Positions 52,629 through 60,894 of a stretch of 64,000 nucleotides of DNA are shown piece by piece; within the stretch, counting starts at the first letter, position 1; the number at the start of each line of letters is the position of its first letter. Under the pieces are notes generated by a model. That model saw only the letters and a program-made list of their open reading frames with translations, was not told the origin of the DNA and did not search any database. A program made the translations under genes and the position numbers. Source of the stretch: a virus (taxonomy: Duplodnaviria > Caudoviricetes); the IMG/VR virus record IMGVR_UViG_3300036801_000102, positions 211-64,210 of that record. One strand, written 5' to 3'.

Positions 52629-52957
52629 CCCAGAATGACGGATGGATAGGTCCCGCGCCGCGCATCGTCAGCGATGAAGTGGCGCATACCCTGGTCGAGG
52701 GCGTGATCATGATCGCAAAGCGGCACGGATGGCTTGACCAGGATCGCAATATCTTTGACTGGCTGGAAGCAAGGCTGTCAGGAAACAAAGCCATTACTGA
52801 TACCACCGACGAGGCTGCGGAGTTCATGGAGAAGAGCCTGAAGGCATTGGAAGAAAGCCTCGCGCGGCATGGGTTATCTTGGGAGCAATATATGCGGTGT
52901 GCCAGGAGACACTTTGAGGAACAGATGAAGCGGGAGGAGAATCAGAGTGACCGATGA
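52625..52957 (+). CDS. Hypothetical protein
   Basis: ATGA coupling. Confidence 0.55.
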   Translation: MTQNDGWIGPAPRIVSDEVAHTLVEGVIMIAKRHGWLDQDRNIFDWLEARLSGNKAITDTTDEAAEFMEKSLKALEESLARHGLSWEQYMRCARRHFEEQMKREENQSDR

Positions 52958-53222
52958 TTCCAAGATTACCAAAGCTGACATAGAATTCGCCGAACATCTT
53001 CAGAGAATCAATAAGGCCGTGTGTCCATCATGTGGACACACTATGGATCGTGGCGATGTTTCGTGGAATTCCGGTGATACTACTGGCGAAGGGACTCCTC
53101 TTACATGGGCACAGATTGTATGTCAGTCGTGCGGAACGGAGGTTGCGTACTGGAGATCCTGGTATTTTGACGTCGATGATTTTGATGAGTTTGTGGCTCA
53201 TGTGTTGGAGGATCTGGAATGA
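52947..53222 (+). CDS. Zinc-ribbon protein
   Basis: CPSCG...CQSCG; RBS GGAGG. Confidence 0.55.
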   Translation: MTDDSKITKADIEFAEHLQRINKAVCPSCGHTMDRGDVSWNSGDTTGEGTPLTWAQIVCQSCGTEVAYWRSWYFDVDDFDEFVAHVLEDLE

Positions 53223-53404
53223 GTGACAAAACCGCCCTTCTAAAATTGGTATTAGATATTATTGAATATCGCTTGTGTGATGATCATTGTTCCCCATGGA
53301 CAAACGAAGGGCAGTGGCAAGCTCGCACTAATTGCACATGCCTAACAACCGCTCGGGAAATTCTGGTAGAAATAGGGCATTGGTATGAACGAGGGGGTCG
53401 ATAG
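53219..53404 (+). CDS. Hypothetical Cys protein
   Basis: ATGA coupling. Confidence 0.45.
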   Translation: MSDKTALLKLVLDIIEYRLCDDHCSPWTNEGQWQARTNCTCLTTAREILVEIGHWYERGGR

Positions 53405-53869
53405 TTGTTGAACCAAATTACCAAATTTGCCCGCCGCCTCTTGGCGGACCCCGTGTTGTTGCGGCCTGTTACCGTCAATGAAGTTGCTTCGACTGAGTTG
53501 ACGATTCTATCCATAGATAGACTGCTGCTCGCGCGTGTAGATCTCGCTGGGACCACATGGGAATTGGGGCGCGGTCCCGGGCGCTTATTTACCAATACGG
53601 TTGACGTCTATACACCGGTGTTGGCGACCGGGACGGTTGGCTACGGATATATTGGTGGGAAGCCGAAGACGATAGACACTGATCTAATCGGGAGGAAGTG
53701 CTGTCGCGGCGAGACTATTTGCTTTCATAGGGGAGGATTGACTATTGGCACCTTGTCTGATTGGCCTGATGATGTGGGGAGCGAGAGCGATAGACGCCGA
53801 TTGGAAGTGGAATCGAAGGGCCTGTCGATTATGACCGATGATTCCAGCCGAAGGAGGCGAAATCCGTGA
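53405..53869 (+). CDS. Hypothetical protein
   Basis: Fills the operon gap. Confidence 0.45.
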   Translation: MLNQITKFARRLLADPVLLRPVTVNEVASTELTILSIDRLLLARVDLAGTTWELGRGPGRLFTNTVDVYTPVLATGTVGYGYIGGKPKTIDTDLIGRKCCRGETICFHRGGLTIGTLSDWPDDVGSESDRRRLEVESKGLSIMTDDSSRRRRNP

Positions 53870-54117
53870 TGACTGAAGAACCAGACTTTATCTATAGTGG
53901 AGTCGTCAATGAAGACGATGCTCTTAACAAGGACTTCCTATGGATCCGCATTCAGAGGAGCATCGATGATGGCAGGACACTGTTAATTCAATCCAGCTCT
54001 CATCTGCCAGTGAAATTTGAAGTGCGACTGACCGAGAAGCAGACCGATAGCTTATACCGCTGTTTGCATAACGCCATCAGGTGCTTGGCCGAGCAAGGAA
54101 CCATAATTCCTGTATGA
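53866..54117 (+). CDS. Hypothetical protein
   Basis: RBS AGGAGG; coupled. Confidence 0.5.
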   Translation: MMTEEPDFIYSGVVNEDDALNKDFLWIRIQRSIDDGRTLLIQSSSHLPVKFEVRLTEKQTDSLYRCLHNAIRCLAEQGTIIPV

Positions 54118-54371
54118 AACGTCTGCCGTATGAGCCGATAGTTGTAATAGAGCCGGGTGATTATTTGGACGCTCGGAGTGAGCGCGAATACGGGATACAG
54201 AAAGAGGCTGCTGAGGTTCGGATGGAGCGGTACGACGCTGCTCCCCAGGCTTTGCGTCGGGTGTGGGATGCGGTTGGTAACGAGGCGATGGCGCGATGGC
54301 TCTACACGCTCGGTGTGCGGGATTTCGCTACGGCCGAGCGGATGAAGCGGGCGTTGACGAAAACCAATTGA
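54114..54371 (+). CDS. Hypothetical protein
   Basis: ATGA coupling; MERYDAAP.ALR motif. Confidence 0.5.
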   Translation: MKRLPYEPIVVIEPGDYLDARSEREYGIQKEAAEVRMERYDAAPQALRRVWDAVGNEAMARWLYTLGVRDFATAERMKRALTKTN

Positions 54372-54423
54372 ACACTCACGGAATGATGTGGTAGCGGCCT
54401 GGCCTATGATGAGCCATAGGCCA
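54368..54423 (+). promoter_or_regulatory. Repeated late-promoter motif, copy 3 (degenerate) with 9-bp hairpin
   Basis: TTGAACACTCACGGAATGATGTGGTAG (18/25 to copy 1) then TGGCCTATG-N6-CATAGGCCA. Confidence 0.6.
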
Positions 54424-54431
54424 AGTGTGTC

Positions 54432-54815
54432 ATGTCGGGTACGCTGAAATCGGACACAGCCCTTTTAGCTGAATTGCCTGACAACACCACCGGACAGATT
54501 ATCGCGTCCAATATACGCGACGTCGTCGTCTCGAAACTGAGCGTCAATCCGGCTCTGGTATCCGCCGCAGGCACGACCCAAGGGACGGCCACGGTTCTGA
54601 CGGCGATGTTCAATGTGGTCACCGGTGGAACCGGCGGTGTTGTGGCAACGGCCAGTTATACGCGGGTTTGGAATACGTTGGCTGTTCCGATCAACGTCTA
54701 TCCCGTAACCAGTGCGCAGTTCGATGCGTTTGGCACCAATATTCCGGTTGCGGTCGATCCCGCCTCAGATGTGGAGGTAATAATGACCAGCGCGAGCCAA
54801 GGCTACGCGCGATGA
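54432..54815 (+). CDS. Virion accessory protein with N-terminal DNTTG-I---(I/L)RD motif
   Basis: LLAELPDNTTGQIIASNIRDVVVS; SAAGTTQ.TAT.LT..N.V...N.YP beta domain. Confidence 0.55.
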   Translation: MSGTLKSDTALLAELPDNTTGQIIASNIRDVVVSKLSVNPALVSAAGTTQGTATVLTAMFNVVTGGTGGVVATASYTRVWNTLAVPINVYPVTSAQFDAFGTNIPVAVDPASDVEVIMTSASQGYAR

Positions 54816-55432
54816 TCAATCGTATTCTCCTATCGGTTCTGATTGTCGGTCTTTGGTTTCAGGCGTCGGCGCAGAATTTTCCGTCGCGGCAGGTGGTAAT
54901 CCAGAAGCCCGGCGATGCGGATTATACCATTCCCGTAAAGACATCGAATATCTGGACAACGGCACTGACGGCGAATCGGACGTGGACATTGCCTGCGGCG
55001 AATACCAGCGTTGGCGGCGATACGGTTACAATTACTGATATGGGCGGTGCGGTTTCCAGCCCTGGCAATAACATTACTGTGGCAGCTGCCGGAAGCGATA
55101 CAATTAATGGTGCGAGCAATCTGACGTTAATGCAACCATATTCATCGGTGACGTTCACCAGCAACGGTACGAATGGCTGGGCTGCGTCGTCGGTGGCGGC
55201 ATCGACATTGCCGGCAGCCGCCAATCTGGCGCCGATCTCGCCCTATGGGGTAGTGCAGGGTCCACTGACACTTCTCAAGTTTACGCCGTCTATCGCAGCA
55301 GCGCCAGGTGCTGGGTTGGTAACTCTATACGCGGAAAAGGGCTCAACCTCTGGCACTTGCAAGATCGTCGCCGTAGCAGGAACAAGCGGAACCGAAGCGG
55401 TAATCATCGACAACATCGGAGCGGCCTGCTGA
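54812..55432 (+). CDS. Signal-peptide-bearing fibre/decoration-like protein
   Basis: MINRILLSVLIVGLWFQASA-Q; T.TLPAA....G..V.I.D..G....NNIT....GSDTING. Confidence 0.6.
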   Translation: MINRILLSVLIVGLWFQASAQNFPSRQVVIQKPGDADYTIPVKTSNIWTTALTANRTWTLPAANTSVGGDTVTITDMGGAVSSPGNNITVAAAGSDTINGASNLTLMQPYSSVTFTSNGTNGWAASSVAASTLPAAANLAPISPYGVVQGPLTLLKFTPSIAAAPGAGLVTLYAEKGSTSGTCKIVAVAGTSGTEAVIIDNIGAAC

Positions 55433-56823
55433 TGCGCCGGTTCATCCTGTACCTTCTGCTACTGATTCTTCTTCCACTGACAGTAGCCAACGCTCAGTAC
55501 TACGTGTGCAACACCACATGCGTAAATGGTGCTACGGGTAATGACTCCAACGCCGGCACCTTTGCCGCGCCATTTCTGACTCTGCTCCATGCCCAGGCGG
55601 CGATGTCTGGCGGCAGCACAAAGAAGACGATCATAGAGGCCGGGACCTTCACTCTGGGAGCGAACTGGGCGTTTACGTCCGCAGACGCCGGGGAGACCTG
55701 GGTCTCATATCCGGGAGCGACTGTCGTCATTTCCGGTGGGGCTTCTCCTGCTACAACCAACAAGACTATCTCGATCGCGTCAGGCGCCACAGGCATGGTG
55801 TTCAAAGGGCTTACGTTTCAGAACCTAGGAACCGTGTCCGGGAATAATGGTGGGTTCGTAGTAACCGGCAACGGTACGATATATAACGACGTCTTCCAGT
55901 ACAACTCTTTTACCAATTGCGAAGACTACTGCATTGCCTTCAATCATATGGGTGGCGTTCTAGTAGACAGCAACACGTTTAACAACGTTTTGTCAGCCCT
56001 CCCCGGCAGCACCGGCTCCGCAGTGATTGCGTTTACCGGGGCTAACAATATGACATTTAGCCACAACACGTGCTCGAATACGGCTTATGCTTGTCTCGAT
56101 ACAGACAACGGAGTGGGAGCGCCAGCTACATCGAATGTCATCTACGATGCGAATATCGTGATAAACGCCTGCAATGCCGGGACACCTGATTGCGGTGCCC
56201 TTTATATGATGGATCGTACCATTACATCAACTGGCTATATCATGCGCAATAATGTCATCAATGGCGTCGGCGACGGAAGCCATACTGATGAAACCAAGTG
56301 CTTATATTTGGATGATGATGTATCGAATGTCACGGTAACGGGTAATCTTTGTTTTAATGATCCAGGGGCATACGGAATGATGTACCATGGGACCACCAAT
56401 GCTCACGTGACGAATAATGTGTTCGTTCTGGCTCCAGGAGGTCTCGCCGGGTTTTATCAGATACAAACGGCCTACGGCGCCACTGGCACGACGATGAGCG
56501 GCAATACGTTTCAAAATAACGTGGTGCGATACACTGGAACTCCGACAAACCCGATGTGGCGACTGTCTGGATCACCAACCAACTTCCCGGCTGTCAGCGG
56601 TAACCTATTCTATTCCGCAACCGGCACCACTATTCAAAATAGCCAGACGAACTTTATCGACTCTAGCCCTATCTTCTGCGGGCCCTCCATGGGGCCCAGC
56701 CCAGCGGCTCTTGCTGCGGCAACCGCCCTCTGGGGGTCTATCGCCAACGGTGTGGTTGGAAACTGGGCGCAACTTGCGGTCAACCAAGGGACAACGTTCC
56801 GGAATTGCTCGGCTGGATTCTGA
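55432..56823 (+). CDS. Signal-peptide-bearing right-handed beta-helix (pectin-lyase-like) depolymerase candidate
   Basis: MRRFILYLLLLILLPLTVANA-Q; GNDSNAGT.AAPFLTL..AQ.AM; repeated N-x-F/N-x-I ladders; DCGALY, LYLDD. Confidence 0.7.
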   Translation: MRRFILYLLLLILLPLTVANAQYYVCNTTCVNGATGNDSNAGTFAAPFLTLLHAQAAMSGGSTKKTIIEAGTFTLGANWAFTSADAGETWVSYPGATVVISGGASPATTNKTISIASGATGMVFKGLTFQNLGTVSGNNGGFVVTGNGTIYNDVFQYNSFTNCEDYCIAFNHMGGVLVDSNTFNNVLSALPGSTGSAVIAFTGANNMTFSHNTCSNTAYACLDTDNGVGAPATSNVIYDANIVINACNAGTPDCGALYMMDRTITSTGYIMRNNVINGVGDGSHTDETKCLYLDDDVSNVTVTGNLCFNDPGAYGMMYHGTTNAHVTNNVFVLAPGGLAGFYQIQTAYGATGTTMSGNTFQNNVVRYTGTPTNPMWRLSGSPTNFPAVSGNLFYSATGTTIQNSQTNFIDSSPIFCGPSMGPSPAALAAATALWGSIANGVVGNWAQLAVNQGTTFRNCSAGF

Positions 56824-56826
56824 CCG

Positions 56827-59148
56827 GTGAGCGCTACACTTCGCCAGATTGACACGGAGGACGGACCCGGCACGGTGGACGACCGGGGACGGCTGCATAT
56901 CGAGACGCCGGACGGCGGCCTGATAATTCGCTCCCAGTGGAAGGGAGCGGACAATACCGAGAGCAAGAAACATACCGCCAATCTGGCGGACGGCATGAGC
57001 AAGATGCAGCTTGCGGTGCTGGCTGATGAGCTGCTCCGCGGTATTCAGGCGGACGAGCTGTCGCGCCGTGAGTGGCTCGAGGGATTGGCCACGTCGGTCG
57101 AAATGCTCGGCTTGCAGCTCAAGCGCTCAGGTGCAGCCGCGGATGATAGCGCGGCTCCGCTGGAGGGGATGAGCAGCTTCGACCATCCCCTGTTGCTCCA
57201 GGCTGTTATTAGGTTTCAGGCTGACTTTGTCAGCGAAATGCTGCCTTCTGACGGACCGGTGAAGGTTCGCAGCGATGAGACTGAAGCGCCGACCGGGATG
57301 GACAATCAGCCGCAGTCTCAGACTAAAGATGACTTGTCAGCTGATCTCGAAATAGACATGAACCATTACTTGACGACGACAGCCACCGAATATTATTCCG
57401 ATACAACGCGCATGGCGTTCCGCATTGGTTTGTTCGGTGGAGGATTCAAGAAGGTCTACGATTGTCCTTTGCGCAAGCGGCCGGTGTCGGAATCAATTCA
57501 GATCAATGACATGATCGTCGATCACAGCGCGACTGATATTCAGAACGCTTCGCTCATGGGGCGGGTAACGCACCGTATTCGCATGAGTGGTCCGATGGTG
57601 CGCCGGATGGTAAAGGCTGGCGTCTACCGCGACGTCGATCTGGTTGAGCCAAAGGACAATCCGGACCCGCTGGAGCAGGCGGAGCGGCGTGCGCAGGGGC
57701 AGACGATCCATTCGCCGCTTACGGCAGATCATCCCCATACGGTCTTCGAGTGCTCGACTGGGCTTGACCCAGCCGATGTCAGTGATGGGGCGAGTGACGA
57801 GGGATACCGGCCATACAAGGTGACGATTGAGGAGACCAGCCGAGAGATTCTCTCGGTTCGCCGGAATTGGACTGAGGGTGATCCGCTCCGCATGCCTCGG
57901 GGGGAGTATGTGAAGTACTCGTACATTGACGGGTTGGGTTTCTACCCCATTGGACTGATTCACATCCTGGGGAACACGGTGCGGGCGCTGACTGCGGCAT
58001 TTCGGGAGTTTCTGGATGCTGGGATGTTCGCCAATTTCCCTGGCTTCCTCTATGCGGATACCGGCGGACGGCAGCTGACGAATGAATTCCGCGTTGCGCC
58101 AGGCTCTGGGGCGCCGGTGCAGACCGGCGGGCAGCCGATTGGGCAGATGGTGATGCCGCTGCCCTACAAGTCACCAGACCAAGCGTTCATGGCCTTTATC
58201 CAGCATCTCGAGCAGTCTGGGAAGGCGCTTGGCGGTGAGGTTTCGGCCCCGCTGTCCGAGGGCCGCGCTAACATGCCGGTCGGCACGATGCTTGCCGCGA
58301 TTGAGCAGGCTGTGAAGCCACTCAAGGGTGTGTTCAAGGGGCTCCATCGGTCGCAGGCAGAAGAGTTCCAGTTGCTGCGAGATCGGTTCAAGGAGAACCC
58401 TACGGCTCTTTGGCGGTGGAATGAGAAGCCGGCGCGGGAGTGGCAGGAGGAGGAGTTTCTGCAGGCATTGGCCGATGTCAATCTTGTGCCGATGGCTGAT
58501 CCAAACACCTCGAGTCAGGTGCAGCGGATTGCCATTGCTGGGGCGCTGTTCCAGCTTGCGCAGGCTGCGCCAATGCTGTTCGAGCTTCGGGATACTGCGT
58601 TGCGGCTGATGCGCATGATCGGGGTGCCTGATCCCGAGGCTCTGCTGAGTTCGGAAGAGGCGATTCAGGCGAAGCAGGCGGCGCAGGCGCAAGGGCAGCA
58701 GCCGCGAGGTGGTGCGGCCCAAGATCCGGCCCTGAATGCGGCCAAGACGCAGCTGGCGCAGGCGCAGGCCGGGCAGGCTGGAGCGCAGACGAAGAAGCTG
58801 CTGGCAGAGGCGCAGACGACCGGATCAGACCTAGCAAACGATGCGGCGGATCGGCAGGCAAAGGCGGCGTCACAGGTTGTCGAAAGCCAGGACCGAGAGG
58901 CTGATCGGCAGTCGCATCTGGCGATTGCGCAGATGAAGGAACGCACTGAGCAGGTTAAGACCGGCGCCGGTATGGTGCAGGGTGCAGTTCAGGCGCATGG
59001 CGATGCTGTCGAGGCTGAGAAGGAGCGCAGTCATGAGGCTACGCAGACGGCGAAGACAGCGGTCAATGATGCGGCAGAGGGCGATGCGCAGCGGGTGCAC
59101 CAGACGCAGATAGCCGGACTTGGCGCGGCGAGAAATACCCAGCCTTAG
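56827..59148 (+). CDS. Portal protein
   Basis: H.ANLA, SR.EW, HPLL.QAV.RFQA, GPVK, FKKVY, GFY.IGLIH.LG, LDAG...N.PG, PVGT.LA.IEQ; long Q/A-rich C-terminal barrel. Confidence 0.88.
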   Translation: MSATLRQIDTEDGPGTVDDRGRLHIETPDGGLIIRSQWKGADNTESKKHTANLADGMSKMQLAVLADELLRGIQADELSRREWLEGLATSVEMLGLQLKRSGAAADDSAAPLEGMSSFDHPLLLQAVIRFQADFVSEMLPSDGPVKVRSDETEAPTGMDNQPQSQTKDDLSADLEIDMNHYLTTTATEYYSDTTRMAFRIGLFGGGFKKVYDCPLRKRPVSESIQINDMIVDHSATDIQNASLMGRVTHRIRMSGPMVRRMVKAGVYRDVDLVEPKDNPDPLEQAERRAQGQTIHSPLTADHPHTVFECSTGLDPADVSDGASDEGYRPYKVTIEETSREILSVRRNWTEGDPLRMPRGEYVKYSYIDGLGFYPIGLIHILGNTVRALTAAFREFLDAGMFANFPGFLYADTGGRQLTNEFRVAPGSGAPVQTGGQPIGQMVMPLPYKSPDQAFMAFIQHLEQSGKALGGEVSAPLSEGRANMPVGTMLAAIEQAVKPLKGVFKGLHRSQAEEFQLLRDRFKENPTALWRWNEKPAREWQEEEFLQALADVNLVPMADPNTSSQVQRIAIAGALFQLAQAAPMLFELRDTALRLMRMIGVPDPEALLSSEEAIQAKQAAQAQGQQPRGGAAQDPALNAAKTQLAQAQAGQAGAQTKKLLAEAQTTGSDLANDAADRQAKAASQVVESQDREADRQSHLAIAQMKERTEQVKTGAGMVQGAVQAHGDAVEAEKERSHEATQTAKTAVNDAAEGDAQRVHQTQIAGLGAARNTQP

Positions 59149-59158
59149 GAGTTGGATC

Positions 59159-59704
59159 ATGGCTAACTATCGGGCGTTGCGTGACGAGGCACATGAGAGT
59201 CACCAAGCGCGGCAGCGTCGCTGGGGCGGTCGCATGGATAGTGACGAGAAGCAGGACCGCAAGGAGGTTGCTTCTGGCGTTCATAAGCATGAGCGCAACA
59301 TGCACCGCGGCGAAAAGGAGACGAAGCTCGCTGCTGGCGGCAAGGTCGAGGGGCGTGCTGCTGGTGGCTCGAGGCTAGATCGCAAGGGCGGCAAGAAGGG
59401 CACGACGGTCAACATCATTCTTGGTGGCGGTCAGCAGCAGCCTCCGCAGGTGCGGCCGGTTCCGGTGCCTGTGCGTGTTCCTCCGCCAGGTGCGGGTGGA
59501 GCGATGCCGCCTCCTGGTGCTGGAGGTTTGCCGCCTGGGGTGATGCCACCGCGGCCGCCGATAGCTGGGATGGGGCCCGGAGTTCCTCCTGGCGGAATGC
59601 CACCTGGTGCCATGATGCCGCGGAAGCGCGGTGGTTCGGTGAAGATGACAGCAGGCGCGCATTCGGGGGAGGGAAGGCTGGAGAAGACGAGGATGGTTGA
59701 ATGA
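59159..59704 (+). CDS. Basic Gly/Pro-rich virion-associated protein with xxGG motifs
   Basis: RBS AGGAG; D..QD.K.V..GVHKHE..MH.GEK.TKLAAGG; RLDRKGG; RKRGG; G.GRLEK. Confidence 0.65.
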   Translation: MANYRALRDEAHESHQARQRRWGGRMDSDEKQDRKEVASGVHKHERNMHRGEKETKLAAGGKVEGRAAGGSRLDRKGGKKGTTVNIILGGGQQQPPQVRPVPVPVRVPPPGAGGAMPPPGAGGLPPGVMPPRPPIAGMGPGVPPGGMPPGAMMPRKRGGSVKMTAGAHSGEGRLEKTRMVE

Positions 59705-59916
59705 CCACCTTCGCCGACAGTTACTTTCAGGCCAAGCTCTATGAGCGGATGGACGAGGAGCACCAGACTCGAGGCTTCCAGCTCATTGAGGGATTCTACA
59801 AGACCTACGAGGAGTATCGGGAGCGCGTCGGGTATCTGCGCGCGCTTCGTGACGTGCGCGCCTGGGGCGACGAGATAATGACGGCTGTACAGGACAATGG
59901 GAGGCGCGACGCGTGA
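59701..59916 (+). CDS. Conserved small phage protein
   Basis: G..KTYEEYRE.VG..RAL motif typical upstream of the GroES-like gene. Confidence 0.65.
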   Translation: MTTFADSYFQAKLYERMDEEHQTRGFQLIEGFYKTYEEYRERVGYLRALRDVRAWGDEIMTAVQDNGRRDA

Positions 59917-60368
59917 CGGATGTGACGGAACGTGTGAGACAGAGCCGATTGCTGGGGTACGTTGAAAACCCGGTGCAGTTCTTCGAGCGCGAGAAGCGGC
60001 GCGTTCTTGATCAGGTCGGCGACCTCTACGACATTCGTGTGCCGCTCAACCGAATCTTGGTGGCCATATGGACTACCAAAGAGGAGCGGCGGACTGAAGG
60101 CGGGCTTATCATTCATACGTCGGACAAGTCCAAGGACGAGAACAAGTGGCAGGGCGTCAGTGGTCTGGTGCTCAAGATGGGGCCTGCCGCTTATGCGGAG
60201 AATGATGCCATTACGTTCTGCGAGAACGACAAGTGTCAGGTCGGCGATTGGGTGCTTTTCCGCAAGGGCGAAGGCTTCCGTGTTGAGGTGTGGCAGCAGG
60301 AGTGCGTGATGCTGGAGTCAGAACGCGCCATCAAGGCGATACTCGATCGGCCGGATGCTGTGTTTTGA
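59913..60368 (+). CDS. groES: GroES/Cpn10-like co-chaperonin
   Basis: P.NRILV....E.RTEGGLII....K.E....G.VLKMGP.A......C.VGD.VLF.K.EG. Confidence 0.8.
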   Translation: MTDVTERVRQSRLLGYVENPVQFFEREKRRVLDQVGDLYDIRVPLNRILVAIWTTKEERRTEGGLIIHTSDKSKDENKWQGVSGLVLKMGPAAYAENDAITFCENDKCQVGDWVLFRKGEGFRVEVWQQECVMLESERAIKAILDRPDAVF

Positions 60369-60682
60369 GCCTCGAAGCCCCGGAAGGTCTGCGCCTCGAA
60401 ATACCTAGTCGTATGGATGCGCAAGAGCTGGCTGCTGAGGTGTGCGCTCTCGTCGACCAAAATAATGTTAGTCTGGTGGCAGAGGCTATTCGTCATGTTA
60501 AGGCAACGTCGGCTGATTATTTCTGCATTGGTGTCGAACTAGTTGCTGGTATTATAGCTCTTCTTCCGAAAGAGGATAGGCTCCGAATGATGGAGGTAGC
60601 TGCGATTTTGATTGGAAAGGTGGTGGTTATCCATCTGCACGACAGTGCGGCGAAGGAAGTAGCAGGGAGTACGAAGCATTGA
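60365..60682 (+). CDS. Hypothetical protein
   Basis: TTGA-coupled on both sides. Confidence 0.5.
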   Translation: MSLEAPEGLRLEIPSRMDAQELAAEVCALVDQNNVSLVAEAIRHVKATSADYFCIGVELVAGIIALLPKEDRLRMMEVAAILIGKVVVIHLHDSAAKEVAGSTKH

Positions 60683-60894
60683 GCGACAATGTCGCATTTC
60701 CTGTTGTGGAGTATGATGTTCCAACAACTAGGGATGGTGGCCATAAGATCGCGGTAGACCTTCTGTCTGTATGCATGGCAGAAGAGTGGACTGGATCGAC
60801 AACCAGGATTGTCGTAGCCGGCGGAGGCGGAGGTTTCATTATTTTGAAATATTATAAGGACTTCATTGATGATTGGATGAGGGCGCGAGCATGA
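60679..60894 (+). CDS. Hypothetical protein
   Basis: Coupled small ORF. Confidence 0.5.
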   Translation: MSDNVAFPVVEYDVPTTRDGGHKIAVDLLSVCMAEEWTGSTTRIVVAGGGGGFIILKYYKDFIDDWMRARA

